In this document: one piece after another, positions 36,153 to 49,196 of the stretch | Layout of the letters: each line of letters begins with the position of its first letter | Numbering within the stretch: position 1 is the stretch's first letter | Source: Blepharisma stoltei ATCC 30299 | Taxonomy: Eukaryota > Protista > Ciliophora | Assembly: GCA_965603825.1 (NCBI GenBank) | Contig: CBFDEM010000051.1 | Coordinates: forward strand, 558,001 to 622,000 | Reading direction: 5' to 3' | DNA length: 64,000 nucleotides | The notes under the pieces: generated by a model | Seen by the model: only the letters and a program-made list of their open reading frames with translations | Told to the model about the DNA's origin: nothing | Databases searched by the model: none | Translations under genes and position numbers: made by a program

Positions 36153-37553
36153 ATGAATAAAATCCCAGTGTCACTAAAAATAAGTTATCAAGACGACTTA
36201 TATAAGCTCTCCCCAGTCCCTTCAAAATATGAAGACCTAATTGAAGCAATTTTCACTTTAATTCCAACATTTGAATCCTATCCCAGCTTTTACTACATAG
36301 ACAGATCAGGAGACAAGTTAAAAATTTCTACACAAATGGCTCTGGATCTCTTCTATGAAGAATACCCCAGTGATTCAAAGCTTTATGTCACAAGTGTCCA
36401 GCAGCCTTTCACCCTTCCCCAAAAGCGACCAAAACAAGATACAGAAGCCCCTCCACCAGAAAAGAAAATCCTAAAGCAAGAAGCAGAAATAAATTCAGAA
36501 GAGAAAAAGCCTACAAAGCAATCTAAGATAAAGGATAAAATTACTGATTTATTTGATGATGATTCTCCATTAGGATGCAACCCGAAATCTGAAAGCCAAT
36601 TGCAAGACTTGATTTCTTATAAAAATGTTCTTCTTGAAGTCCAAAATGAGTCAACTGGCGACAAATTTCCTCCTTCTAAATGTGAAGGGACGATAAATGG
36701 AATCATCCTTGACCCTATAAAGGATATCCCTAGATGCCCTTCAGATTTATACCAAGGTCCTTCTCGCTTTATGAGGGTTATTTCTGAGCTTATCTTCCAA
36801 ACTTGCAAAAAACATGGCCCTCGCTCTACAGCTGCAGTATTTAGAATCCCATTAGAACTTGTATGTTATATTTTTAAAGAGCCTGCCATGCCTCATACAG
36901 GAAAGCTTAAGCACTTTGATAACTGCTACTACCTTGAGCAGTGCAAGCCACAAAACGGATACATTTTTACCCCACTAATATGCTACAATATAGTCCGCAA
37001 CCTTAAAGAAGCAAAGATATCAAAAGAGCAAGTCCAACAAGACTTTGCAGTGGGCCCTGATGTGGTTCAGCTGTGAATCAATTTATTTTCTGAGCCAAAA
37101 GAAGCTCCATATCAGCTTGATCCGTATCCTGACTCAGTGAAGCCTTATATAATCAGTGATTATTTAGCAAAGAAATTGGACGAAGACGATCTTGAACTGC
37201 TGTTTAATATAAAAAAGGATACAATCATCAATTGGATTTACTCTAGGCTCATGATTGATGAAGAACCAGTTGAGTTGAGAATTATACATGCAGACGAAAA
37301 GTATCAAGCTGTAAAAGATTACAAGGACAAAACCCTGAAAACTAGCGAAATTGAAGAAAAGTATATGATTTCTGACAAATCACTGAGAAAGTGGATAGTG
37401 AAAGTGGATAAAGGAGAACCTTTGAAAGACTCGAAGTCAGGAGAAAAAACGACTTATGCCATTAAACAGGCTTGGGAACAGCTAAGTGGAATTGAAAATT
37501 TAGATTCTTGGGACTGCGCGCCTAGGCATCCAACAGCTATAAGAATTAGATAA
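36153..37553 (+). CDS. PB1-domain protein with tandem helix-turn-helix-like repeats
   Basis: N-terminal LKISYQDD...YYIDRSGDKLKIST PB1 motif; joined via TGA 37074; HTH-like segments in the C-terminal half. Confidence 0.7.
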
Positions 37554-37567
37554 TGTATTTGAAATTA

Positions 37568-39319
37568 TTAAAGATTAACCAATTGTTCTAAAATTGCAGA
37601 TGGTCTGTCATTTTCATTAACCTTTTCTAATAGCCCTCTATAAGTTTCCAAAATTGAGCTTGCGACTATGCTTTTTACCTTATTTCTTATATTCATATCC
37701 TGCAGAGAATCTATAACAGGCATTGCCAATTTTCCTTCAGTCAGCACACTTTCTGCAAAAGTCTGTAAATTTCTAGGTAAAAAATTTTCAGCTAAATTAT
37801 ATTGCTCAATGATTGATTTAATGGAAGCCTTGATCAAATCTTCCGCATCAAGCCCTATGTCTTCGTCTAATTCTTGCAGCTCATTAACTGCAAAATCGTA
37901 CTCACTCAATGCAAATTTTATGAAATTCAAAATGTTTATCATGAGAACTGCAGCTCTTGCTGTGTCAAATGCAGATTTCGCTTCTTCTTTATAAAACTCA
38001 ACTGACTTTGTAATCAAATCTTTGTATAGATTTTGGTAAAAAGGAAGAAATTCGCGATTGCTGTCAATAACCTTAAGAAGTTGACAGAACTCAGTGAATC
38101 TTTCCATAAAAGCTCTAGGGACCTGCAAATCAGTGCTTATGCTGAAAAGCTTTATATGTGTTAAGGACTGCAGCACTCTTTGTCCAAGCTTTTCTTCACA
38201 AAGTGTGCTGATCTCATACAAGCTTTTAATTATCATGCTAGCAAATGACAAAATTGATGTATCTGTAAAATTTCTGATATAAAAAGCTATGATCCTTAAA
38301 GAATGAAAACTGTCCAGTAAGCTGCATTGATTTATTGCTTTTTCTACAAAATCCTTTAGGTCATTCACTGAAGGGTCCGCTATTTTATCAATTATTGTTG
38401 ACTCTTGCAGATTTTCTCCTTCGGCTGTCAGAGTTTCAATATTTCCAAGCAATCCTTCAATTAGATGTTTTTCTGAAATTAAAGTGCTGTGAATCCACGC
38501 AAGACATTCTCCTATAAACAGTGGAGGGTCACTTATATGTCTTTCAATCGCTTCTTCACCACTCGTCAAAGTCTTTCGAAATCTCCTTAAAAAATAATAT
38601 TGCCTTGACTTAATTAACTCTTTTCTGCAGTGATTATAATAAACTGGCCTATTTTTCAAATGGGAAATCGCCGAATAAAAGCCAGGTAGCACCTCAACCT
38701 TTTCTTGTTGTAATATTTTGCATTGCTGCTGGACAAACCTAAACAGTTTTTCATAAGCCGCTTCTTGAATTTCTGATATATAATCATCTAATGAAAATTT
38801 GAGAAGCCTTGAGTCATTGGTATCTAATACCAACGAAGTTTCGCTCAAAGTTTGCAGCTTGTTTAGAGCATTAAAAAAAGATTCGTCAAGCTCTTTTTCA
38901 GGGCTGGTCAAAATGACTTTTTCTTGTTCTGATAAAGTGACTTTGTTCATTACACAGTCTAATATGCCTTGTCTTTTTTCGTAGTGCTGGAATTCTTGCT
39001 GCAATTTTTTGCCTTGCCTGACTGCATGATCTGTTTTTTCGATGCAGCGGTTTACTTCTGTGCTTATTGTTTCTAGGTTTTCAATTAAGTTATTGTGTGT
39101 TGTTTCGAGATTCTTTATTTGTTGAATGATGGGCTTAAAGTCTTCGATAAAGCATTTGTATGTGTGGAGACTGCGCCGCTTTAGAAGTGATTTTAAGTCT
39201 TTTTGGAGGGGATAAGAGTCTGTGAGTGACGATAATGAATTTAAAGAATCACTGACTGAAGGCTTGCTAAGATCGATATTTAGGATAGCTTTCACTTGCC
39301 TTCCAAATGAAGTTTCCAT
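37568..39319 (-). CDS. COG6: Conserved oligomeric Golgi complex subunit 6
   Basis: QEAAYEKLFRFVQ, LKNRPVYY, IERHISDPPLFIGECLAWIH..SEK. Confidence 0.85.
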   Translation of the reverse strand: METSFGRQVKAILNIDLSKPSVSDSLNSLSSLTDSYPLQKDLKSLLKRRSLHTYKCFIEDFKPIIQQIKNLETTHNNLIENLETISTEVNRCIEKTDHAVRQGKKLQQEFQHYEKRQGILDCVMNKVTLSEQEKVILTSPEKELDESFFNALNKLQTLSETSLVLDTNDSRLLKFSLDDYISEIQEAAYEKLFRFVQQQCKILQQEKVEVLPGFYSAISHLKNRPVYYNHCRKELIKSRQYYFLRRFRKTLTSGEEAIERHISDPPLFIGECLAWIHSTLISEKHLIEGLLGNIETLTAEGENLQESTIIDKIADPSVNDLKDFVEKAINQCSLLDSFHSLRIIAFYIRNFTDTSILSFASMIIKSLYEISTLCEEKLGQRVLQSLTHIKLFSISTDLQVPRAFMERFTEFCQLLKVIDSNREFLPFYQNLYKDLITKSVEFYKEEAKSAFDTARAAVLMINILNFIKFALSEYDFAVNELQELDEDIGLDAEDLIKASIKSIIEQYNLAENFLPRNLQTFAESVLTEGKLAMPVIDSLQDMNIRNKVKSIVASSILETYRGLLEKVNENDRPSAILEQLVNL

Positions 39320-39419
39320 TATTTAAATAATAAATTAAAAATAGAGCACAATGATATTGATTTAAAAATAGCTTGTATTTATAAAATAAAAGAAAGGAAT
39401 TTCATATTAATAAATTGTG

Positions 39420-39848
39420 ATGGAAGATATTTTTGGTGTCAACCTAATTTCGCAAGGAGGCGTAGTGAGGACAAGCACACTACACAACTATAGAATTGTT
39501 TTAGTACTTGCATCTGCATCATGGTGTCCTACATGCCATCAGTTTCTACCAAGACTTATAGATTTCTATCGAGCAGTAAATTCAAGTGGGAAAATTATGG
39601 AAATTGTCTTTGTCAGCAGAGACAAAAAAGTGGATGAATTCAATAATATAGTTCGCAATGTTCCTTGGGTTGCAATGAACTTTGATCAAAGAAGAGCAGA
39701 AGCAGTTTTCCAGAGATTTGGGATAAGCGGAATTCCTAAGCTTATTTTACTCAATCAGAACGGAGCTCCTGTCAGAATGGAATGCAGAGAAGACATCTTA
39801 GCCAATGGGCCTGGCTGTATTGAAATCTGGAGGAATCTCTTAGATTAA
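39420..39848 (+). CDS. Nucleoredoxin/tryparedoxin-like thioredoxin
   Basis: SASWCPTC active site; EIVFVSRD, PWVAM, GIPKL. Confidence 0.85.
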   Translation: MEDIFGVNLISQGGVVRTSTLHNYRIVLVLASASWCPTCHQFLPRLIDFYRAVNSSGKIMEIVFVSRDKKVDEFNNIVRNVPWVAMNFDQRRAEAVFQRFGISGIPKLILLNQNGAPVRMECREDILANGPGCIEIWRNLLD

Positions 39849-39866
39849 TAATAAATAATTGAAAAA

Positions 39867-40742
39867 ATGTTAACCGATTCTTATGAAATTGCATCAGCAG
39901 TTGATAGTGACCTGCCCTTCACAACTCGTGTCGAATTAAAAGAAACAAACAACGAAATCAGGGAAAGAGCTTCCTGAATCTTCATCCAAATGGCAAAAGT
40001 TTCATGTGGGAAAAGACTATTGATAAGTGAAGATATCGTGAAAGATTTGGCAGTTCTTTTTGATGATTCTATAGAAAAAATAAGAAGCAATGCTTATGAA
40101 GCCATGCTATATCTGAGCGAACAAAGAGAAGGCTGTGAAGGAGTGGTTAATGCAGGAACTTTGGAAATTCTAGTAGATAAGCTAATCTCTGAAAAAACTG
40201 AAAGAATTTTGGTTCTGACTTTAAGACTTATACAACAACTTTTAGGAGTAGAGCAAGGCCAAGTTAGAGCTTTGAATACGCCAATTATTAGTAGAGTCAA
40301 AAAATTGTGTGAATCGGTAAGCAGCGAGCTCAGAAGACTTTCTTGTGAATTGCTTGCAGCAATTGGGTTTGCTTATCCAGGAAAGAAAAGAGTTATAGAG
40401 CAAGGATGTGTGGGGGCTCTTGCTGAGTTGCTATTTGATAGCATTTCAGAGGTCAGGGCTTCAGCTTTGCTGGCATTAGCATGTCTTACAATAGAAAAAA
40501 CAGCCAAAGTAGAACTGATTGAAGGGCAGTATCTTGAGAGAATTGCTTTGATGCTGGATGATGAGAGCTTGCAGATAAGACTTAATGCAATTCAGCTTAT
40601 AGCAAACGTAGCTGAGCATCCGCTTGCAAAGCTCGAATTTCAGAATTCTTTAGATAGGCTGAGAGAGCTACTAGAAAATGATGCTGAAATCATTAAGAGA
40701 TTTGCTGATAGAGCTATCAATGTTATTACATGGAGACCCTAA
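39867..40742 (+). CDS. RSPH14: Radial spoke head protein 14-like (armadillo repeats)
   Basis: ATG 39867 in frame via TGA 39975; ARM repeats; C-terminal AINVITWRP. Confidence 0.7.
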
Positions 40743-40838
40743 GTTAACTTTTTTACATAAGTTCTTTTGCAAAAAATAATTTGATAAAGGCACTGAAATT
40801 TATATAAATAATAATAAATCGGATATAATTGATTATTA

Positions 40839-42488
40839 ATGTCTGCACCTCAGCAATTTTTAGCATCAATTTATAAAGCTGAGCCAATTGAGATTTATCG
40901 AATTTTACAAAGAAGTAGAATTGAACCTTTCACAATCTATGACTCTCGTGGATACACAGCTCTTCACATAGCTAGTCTAAATGGAAATTATGCAGTTATT
41001 CAGTTTTTGGTAGAATATGTAAGCTTCAATTAGGTTAAAGAAGTCTACGGAAGTCAGGCTTGTCAGCACCTATCAGATTGAGCCAACATGAAAACTGATG
41101 AAGGCTTCACCCCACTGCATTTTGCCGCATTTAGAGGCCACCTCGTAAGATCTACATAGAATATCGTCAAAAAACTAATTGAAATTGGAGCTGATATATA
41201 TGCTTTGAATAGACAAGGGCTTGGAGTTATGCACGTAGCTGCTCAGGCAGATCAACCTTTAATTTTATCATACTTCAAAGAGCAGAATTTATCTATTGAC
41301 CTTTTAGATGAAAAAGAAGGAACTCCGCTTCACTGGGCAGCCTATATGGGATGTGAAATTTCTTCGTCACTTCTGCTTGCTTGGAAATCGCCAGTAAATC
41401 ATAGAGACAAAGACGGCCACACTCCTCTTCATCTGGCCACTATAGCTGGAAATTCAAGGATTGTGAGGAATCTATTGATAAAAGGAGCTGACAGAAAGAT
41501 AAGAGTAACTTTAAATTAGGACGCAAAAGGAAGAATCCCTATTGATATTGCTAAAGAAAGCAAAAACACAACGCTTATTGCGATGCTAAAGCCACCAACT
41601 TTGATGTCTGAGTGTGGGCTGAAGCCTCCACTAAGACCTCCTCGGCCAGCATATATATCTGTTGGGACTTTTCTTTTCTTATATGGGGGCGGATCAGTCG
41701 CAACCTTGCTATTCAACGTGAGGTATATTGGTGATATCCTATCTTATGTGTATGGCGGCATTCTTGCAACGTCACTATTCTTTTTTTTGTGTGTAGTCTC
41801 TAGGAATCCTGGATATCTTGAAGGCGCTGTTGACGCGAACTTATTTCAACTGTACGATAAATATGAAAGCCACTTAGTCTGCCCTGACTGTAGAATTTAT
41901 CGTCCAGCTAGATCAAGGCATTGCCAATGCTGCGACAGATGTGTAGAAAAATTCGATCATCATTGTCCATGGGTCAACAACTGTATAGCTGCAAGAAATC
42001 TTGGACACTTTTTTATTTTTATTAATACAGTCTGGGTTACACTTGCTTTCAGCATTTATGTATGTCAAGAAGTACTTAGAAGTGATGACACAGAGGATGG
42101 AATAATTCCGCTTGACCTGTTTTACAGTAAGTTGATTGCTGGAGCTTTAGGAATCTTAGCACTTTTATTTATCATTCCTGTGACTATTCTTGTAGTTGTG
42201 CATTATCAGAATTTTTCGAGAAATACAACGACAAATGAGAGATTTTCGAAAGCTGTGAATCGGTTAAATGAGAATGTATCGGGGGCACAAGTGTCATTTT
42301 TGAAGCCAAATCAAAGCTTCGCACTGAATTGTATAGAGATGTGCTTTAATACAAAAAAACATAGGAGAAATTCTTGCGAGATCAGGCCTACTGAAGAGAA
42401 ATCGTTTGTGTTTAAAGATATTGTCGAAACTTATAACAAGCAAGAGGCTACAGATATTAATAGACTACAACTGCTAGACTTATCTTAA
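40839..42488 (+). CDS. Ankyrin-repeat DHHC palmitoyltransferase (ZDHHC13/17/Akr1-like)
   Basis: Ankyrin TALH/TPLH repeats; DHHCPWVNNC; joined by three 15-nt introns and TGA 41079. Confidence 0.92.
41019..41033 (+). other. 15-nt spliceosomal intron
   Basis: GTAAGCTTCAATTAG; A at position 10. Confidence 0.9.
41145..41159 (+). other. 15-nt spliceosomal intron
   Basis: GTAAGATCTACATAG; removal restores ankyrin RGHL-NIVKKL. Confidence 0.9.
41505..41519 (+). other. 15-nt spliceosomal intron
   Basis: GTAACTTTAAATTAG; removal restores ankyrin IR-DAKGRIPID. Confidence 0.9.
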
Positions 42489-42577
42489 AGCTATTAACTT
42501 AATATGATGATAAATATTGTCTTCAATATGTGAGCTTAGAGTCTTTAAAGTTGCTGGCAATGGCTTTGGATACATTA

Positions 42578-43120
42578 TTATTCATCTAGCTCTCTTGAAG
42601 ATTTAAATGAAAAAGAAATGATTCCTGATACTGTGCTGATTAAAGAAACCTCCCCAGAATTATAGACCAGCTCACAAACTTCAGTGTTCTGCATAATAAA
42701 AATTTGTTCCATAAATCTTGAATAGCAAAACCACATATCCTGTAAGCTCCCAAACCCAGGAGCACATGCTATGACATTTTTAGGTCCCGCCAAAAATTCT
42801 TTTACATCATTAGCAAGTGATAAAATTTTTGACTGGTCTTCTAATGAATATTTTTTGAGATCTATAACTAAACTGGATATCTCTTCATCATTCAAATGGA
42901 AATTTATCAGAAATTTCTCAATTTCCTCACAATTTTTTACAAACCTGATTTTGATTTTCTTCAAAACTTCTTTCTTCTGAAATTCATGATGCCTATGAAA
43001 AGCTCCAGAATAAAATCCTTTCCCCAATATAAGCCCTACAGCTTTATTTTCAGCCTCTGCAACTTTATAAGCAATCATCAATATTTGGTCTAGAGATGCA
43101 TCAACGATAGCAAGATTCAT
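42578..43120 (-). CDS. Small RecA-fold-like protein, possibly SWSAP1-like
   Basis: 180 aa; LKKIKIRFV...EIEKFLINFH...SLVID resembles the SWSAP1 core (recognised by eye only). Confidence 0.45.
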   Translation of the reverse strand: MNLAIVDASLDQILMIAYKVAEAENKAVGLILGKGFYSGAFHRHHEFQKKEVLKKIKIRFVKNCEEIEKFLINFHLNDEEISSLVIDLKKYSLEDQSKILSLANDVKEFLAGPKNVIACAPGFGSLQDMWFCYSRFMEQIFIMQNTEVCELVYNSGEVSLISTVSGIISFSFKSSRELDE

Positions 43121-43175
43121 TAGAAAATATTAACTAAAGATTTTCAGTTAAAAATTAATTAAACGGCATCTTTTG

Positions 43176-46100
43176 TTACTTAAGCGCATACTGTTGATCC
43201 AAGCCAACATAGCTATCACATATTAAGTATATCTGCATATTTGGATCATTTGGGACTTGGATATTTAGATTGAAGCTTGTGAAATGCTTATTTGGCAGCT
43301 GGAATCTCTTTATCGCTAAAACTTGGTCATTTTTCTTGCACCCTACCATCACCCAAAATCCAATTTCTGTCATCCTTCCGGTCCTATTGAAAACAGGACG
43401 TTTCGAAATGTTCTTTTTGGCTTTTTCAATTGTAATTTTAACTGGTACAATAGATCCTGGCTCAAAGTGTGTGTCTTCTTCCCACAAGCTTTCTTCTTTG
43501 ACGCCTTCATCAACAGTCCATTCCAATCCTATTAATGGAAGGCCTTTCAAAGCTGTGAAAAGCTGATTTTTTTCAGTATTGCTCATATTAAAGCCGAGGT
43601 CATCCAAAATTTTGTTTATTTCTTTAAAGTCCATCTCTACTAGCTGTGCTAAAGTTTCAATATTATAAATAGAGTGATAAAGTGCATGAATCCTATTGTG
43701 GTTCATCCCAGGCAAATTCAGCAAAGAAGAGTTGTAATACCACTGTCCTTGAGATACCATTTGTGTGAGGGTCATAATTTTGAGGGTAGTTTCAAGTGAG
43801 CCAACTTGTGAACTTATGTCGACCATGGCGAACAGAATTCTAATGCATTGATCCATCACAAGTTTTGTATCAGTCATGTAATCAATGATAGGGAGTGGGA
43901 CTCTTGAAAAGTGAGCTTGAAGAAGCAGGTTTGTTTTAGTGTATGGGGAATCAAGGGATTTTTGGTCAACTGGGAGCGGCACAAGACGGGAGAGCTCTTC
44001 GTTTAAGTTGTCTTCATTATGTCTAACAGGAACCTCAGAAAATTCAGGGACTCTGCTGATTATTTTTATTAGGTCTTCAAAAGAGTGTGCAGTCCCTGTC
44101 AGCTGGTCGCTTAGGATTTTGACTGTTTTATGTGTAACGTAGTAGAAACTTGCTATATGGCCCATTGGTAGAGGCTGGATAAACCCATCTTCTAATTCAA
44201 TACATTTGGACTCTGCTAATTTTCCTAGGACAGAATCAATAAGACCTGTAAGGAATTCGTTAACTCCTTCTGCCGTTGTATCATGGAGATTATAATAAGC
44301 AGGGTTTTTAGTAAGCCTCCTAAAGTAATAAGTCCAAGTAAGATAATTAATGCAAGCTGCTCTCGAAGTTAGTGTCCCAGCCGCTACTTCAGCATTTATA
44401 TGGTCAGGAAGTTGATCCGCCAAAGATGACTCAACTGGGAAAGGCTGATACAAAAATGTCTTGAGGAAATTTCTCTTTTCTTCCTGTGCATAGATACAAA
44501 CAATTCCATTATCATCAAACTGTGGCCTTCCAGCTCTGCCCATCATCTGCAAAACATCAGTAATTGGAAAGTCAACATATCTTTTTTCCTTTGCGTCATA
44601 AAATTCAGTGCCCTTAATAATGACCAAATGGGCAGGGAAGTTCACTCCCCAAGCCAAAGTACTGGTCGTCACTAAAATTAAGATTCTTTCATTAGCAAAT
44701 AGTTCTTCCACTGTAGTTCTGTCTGACTCTGCAAGCCCAGCATGATGGATACCTATGCCAAACATTAATGCATGTCTGAGGTTGGAATCTTTAATTCGTC
44801 GAATTATCATGTCCATTTCTTCTCCTGGAATTTGTAAGAATCCGGTGCTTGAGCCTAGCTGTGCTGAACAGTGGGCAATTAAATCAAAAGCGGTCAGTCG
44901 GGTTTGCCTTCTAGAAGACACGAAGATGAGAGTTGGCTTTTTAGGGCTGTAACTCATAATTGCGTTAAAAGCTGGCTTATTCATTGTTGCCATGCGGGGA
45001 CAGTAAGCTTTTTCTGGAAATCCATCAACGTGGACTTGCAGTGGGACTGGCCTGACTGAAGGCTTGAAATTGAAAAATCCAGGCTTTTCGATACCAAGCC
45101 AGTTTCCAAGATCATGAGCATTGGCCAAAGCAGTGCTGAGCCCAATAATTCTAACATTACTGTTAATCTGGCTTGACATATACCTCATTCTAGATACAAT
45201 GACCTCCAGCACAGGCCCTCTATCTTGCCCCAGCAGATGAATTTCATCAATCACAACCAGCGCGACTTTTTGCACATATTCTCTATGCTGCCAATTTCTA
45301 CTAATACCATCCCATTTTTCAGGAGTTGTCACCAATACGTCAGCAGCGTTCAATGCATTTATATCAGGTGTGTAATCTCCAGTCAGTTCTACAACTTTTT
45401 TCCCAATTCCTACCAGCCTAACATTCCAGTCTCGCAGTCTTTCTTTTGCTAAAGCTTTTAGTGGAGCTATATAGATTATTTTTTTGTCAGGAGTTTGGCT
45501 GAAAACTCTGAACATTGCAATTTCTGCTATAATTGTTTTTCCAGAGCCAGTAGGAGCACCTACCAAGGCATTTGTATCATGATGGTAGAGGGTGTGGAAT
45601 GTCTGCGTTTGAATTGGATTGAAAAATTGGAATTTGTATAAGCTTTCAAAGGTGGCGTTTTGCAAGGCAGATTTAGGGAGAGGATTTAAATCTAGAAGTT
45701 CAGTATGAAGGGTTTCCTCACTTGGTAGAAGAGATTGATCGATTTCTATAGGCACAATTGTGTCAGCACCATACCAATGGTCGTTGAAACATCTTATATA
45801 AAATAGGTCTCCAGCTCTCTGCTTGTGAATAGGAATTGCAAATGTGACTGTTGGCTTCTCATCTTTAAGCAGGGCTTTTAAGTGCAGAACAAAGTACTCA
45901 AAGTGCAGAATATCATGGCCATCATCAACCCAAATTCAATAGCCTTGGCTTTGTCCATGCCACCTTTCTCTCCAAGTAAAATCTGGAGAAATCTCTAGGT
46001 GGACCTTAATAATATTTCCTGTAATCGGCTGCAAAGTTGGGTCTAGATCTAAAATAGGCAGATAACTAGCAAATTGCTTTGCAGATTTTGCAGACTCATC

Positions 46101-48914
46101 CCTCCTTAGCAGCAATGAAAGCTCATTTAATTCATATTCTTTGATTCTCTCTATTGTGATGCCAAGACTTTCAATTTTCTGCACAAGTTCATCAGAGATG
46201 TATCCTCCTTGGAAGAAGCTCGAACTTGTAGAAGCAGTGTAGCCTCCTAAATTCCCAAATGTTGAAAACTGCCTCAAAGGACTCATCCAGTCCATCACTC
46301 TTCTATCCAGCATTTTGCTTATTTTCAATAGCCTCTCAGCCATATAAGACCAATACCTTTTCATGCAGATTTCAAAGAGCCCTCTAAGGATTCTGACTCC
46401 ATTTTGTACAATATAAGCCATATCAGCTACTAATGAGAAGGCTTCGATGGGATATCCTATTAAGTAAGCATACATCAGACAAATTACTTTTCCATAGGTG
46501 GTGCATGCATCTTCTTTTTTAAGCTCAATCCAGTTCCCGCTAACTTCGTTTACTAGGATGTTAAGGTCAATCAGTTCTTCTTCTCTTTGCTTGATTTGTT
46601 TGAATTCTGAACATTCACAAAACATTCTGTATATTTCATCATCTGTGAGGGCTGGTTTTAGAGTTTCGTTGAAAACTTCAATGGTCTCAGCTCTAATATA
46701 GAAATTTGAGGCAATTCTGCCTAGGGCTGTGGTAGACATTGTATAGTTGTTTTCTCCATACCGAACCATTTTGAAGATGTTGAGGGCTTTGGAAGCTTCT
46801 ATGATTCTTTTTTCTATGTTTAAACTTAGTAGTTGAGGGGTTTTGGACTCATCTAAACTGAAGCCATAGGTTAGAGGGCTCTTTTTAACTCTGACGTAGA
46901 AATAGGTATAAGTAAGCCACCTCATAGCTTCTTGCAAATTTGTAACGGTGCCAAGAGAAACCTCAGCATTGAGAGCATCTTTAAGGTTGGTTAAAAACTT
47001 ACTTTCTATAGGACGTTGAAAAACAAGCATTTCCAAATATTTTGGCATTTTCTGAACTGTTGTGATAATAATTGCTAAACCAGAAGTATCATAATCCGGC
47101 CTCCCTGCTCTACCAAAAATCTGCTGCACATCTAAAACTCCAATATCTCTAAAATCTCCAGCATTTGTGTCATAAATTTCAGTTCCTTTAATAACTACAC
47201 AATGTGCTGGCAAGTTAACACCCCATGCCAGAGTAGCTGTACACACAAGCACTTTAAGGTTCTTTTCCTTAAACAATTTTTCAGTCAAATTTCTATCTTT
47301 TCTCAGCATACCAGCATTATGAATTCCAAACCCATGCTCAAAAAGATTTCTGAGATCTCTGTTTTTACTCTTTTCTACTTCTTTTTTAGATGCCAAAGAA
47401 TAGCAGCAATCAAAATCCCCAACTTCTCCATTGAGTACAGCTAGGTTAAGTAGCCCTTCTGCAGTTTTAATTGTGTCTCTTCTTGAATGCACGAAAACCA
47501 TGACTTGTTGATCATTTCTGACCTGTTCTAAAACTTTGTCATAGCAGGCTTCCAGCATCATATTTTGCTGCTGCTGTTTATTTACAACACTTTTCACAGA
47601 TATGAATCTCTGCTCAAGTGGAACCGGTCTATAGCTTCCATCAAAATAAAAGCATGCATTATCTGGAACCCTCAAAAATGAAGCGACATCATAATAGTTT
47701 GGCAAAGTTGCAGACAAAGCAACTATTCTGATGGATGACTGGGATGATTCAACTTGTCGAAGAGTTCTTGCAACCAAACTTTCAAGAACTGGGCCTCTTT
47801 CATCATCTAGAAGATGGATTTCATCCAAAATTAGCAGTTTAACTAGAGGAGCTATGGACTCAGATTTCCTAGTAACCACATCCCACTTCTCAGGAGTTGT
47901 CACTATAATATGGGTTCTTGCCATTTCAATCCTTGTCAACTGCATATCTCCTGTCAGCTCCCTCACAAAGATTCCTAAATATTTAAGTCGAGAGCTAAAT
48001 TTGTCAGTCACTTCTGCAGCAAGTGCTTTCATTGGAGCGACATAAATAATCTTGAATGGTTCTGAAATAGTCCCGTTTTCATCCATAGCGTTCTTAAGAA
48101 CCCTCATAACAGCCATCAGGGCTATATTGGTTTTGCCTGCTCCAGTTGGAGCACTAACAAGGACATTATCATTTGTAAAATAAGTTGCTTCAAACACTTG
48201 GGTTTGCATCGGATTCAGGTGGGAAATCCCTGCAAATGCTGGCCTGCACCATTCTTCAAAAGCTTCAATAGGGATCAAATGATCTTTTGACACTGCAGCT
48301 TTTGGAATTGCAGGCAGAACTTGTTCAGTATAGTACTTTTCTTGGATTTCATAAAGGGTGCTTGGCAGAGCCTTGTTTTGAAATCCGCTTCCCCCTTCAA
48401 GCTGGCTTGTAAACTGTTCCATATCTTCGTCTTCTTTAATCTGTTCTTCATTCTTCAAGAAATTCTCATCAAATCCTAAATCAAGCAGAATCCCAGTGTC
48501 AGATTTTGTAGTGTTTTTGTTTCTTTTTGCCCCTTTTCTCATTTCTTTTTCAAATTGGATTTCGCTTTCTTTTTTGATGATGATATTGGACGAAAATTTC
48601 CCTTTATCAGAAGGCTTTGTGGATTCTAATGCTTTTACAGATTTGACTATGGCTTCTCTACTTTCAAGCATTTTCCCGACAATTTCAATGCAGTCAAAGC
48701 CTAGGAGGTCAACCAATTCACTTTGGATTTGGTCCAATGATTGATTTGATATAAGCATATTGAGAACTTTTAAAGCAATTTCTGGAGATCTTAAGACATC
48801 AGGATTCAGAACTGTGGCTTGCATATAAAGATCTTTGAAAAGTTCCTTCTCCTTCGCCTGGTCTTTTGATGCACTTCCGATCTTCATGGACCATTTTTTG
48901 GACTTTTGTCACAT
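43176..48914 (-). CDS. ASCC3: ASCC3/Slh1 Ski2-like tandem helicase
   Basis: Two helicase cassettes (APTGAGKT/DEIH; APTGSGKT/DEIH) with Sec63 domains; TGA 45936 gives GY-W-IWVDD; upstream ATG 48914 followed by TGA is in frame (alternative start 48887). Confidence 0.92.
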
Positions 48915-49196
48915 CTTTATATTATTTTAGCTTCACAAAAATCTATCAAAGAAATGTCGTTGATAAGATGATATCAGAAATGGCTTGAGCAATATGCTTA
49001 ATAGTTATTGAAAACTTAATCGATACTTATAGGCAGATATTAATAATATTTTTGAATAATTAAAGAAGGTTTATTAGTATTCCTATCAAAAACAATAACT
49101 ATCTTTATGATTTTCTTAACTAATTATTTTCATAGTCTTTTTGCGCTATAAATGGCATTATATTAATTAATGACGGTTTGTAAGCTTATTGCATAT

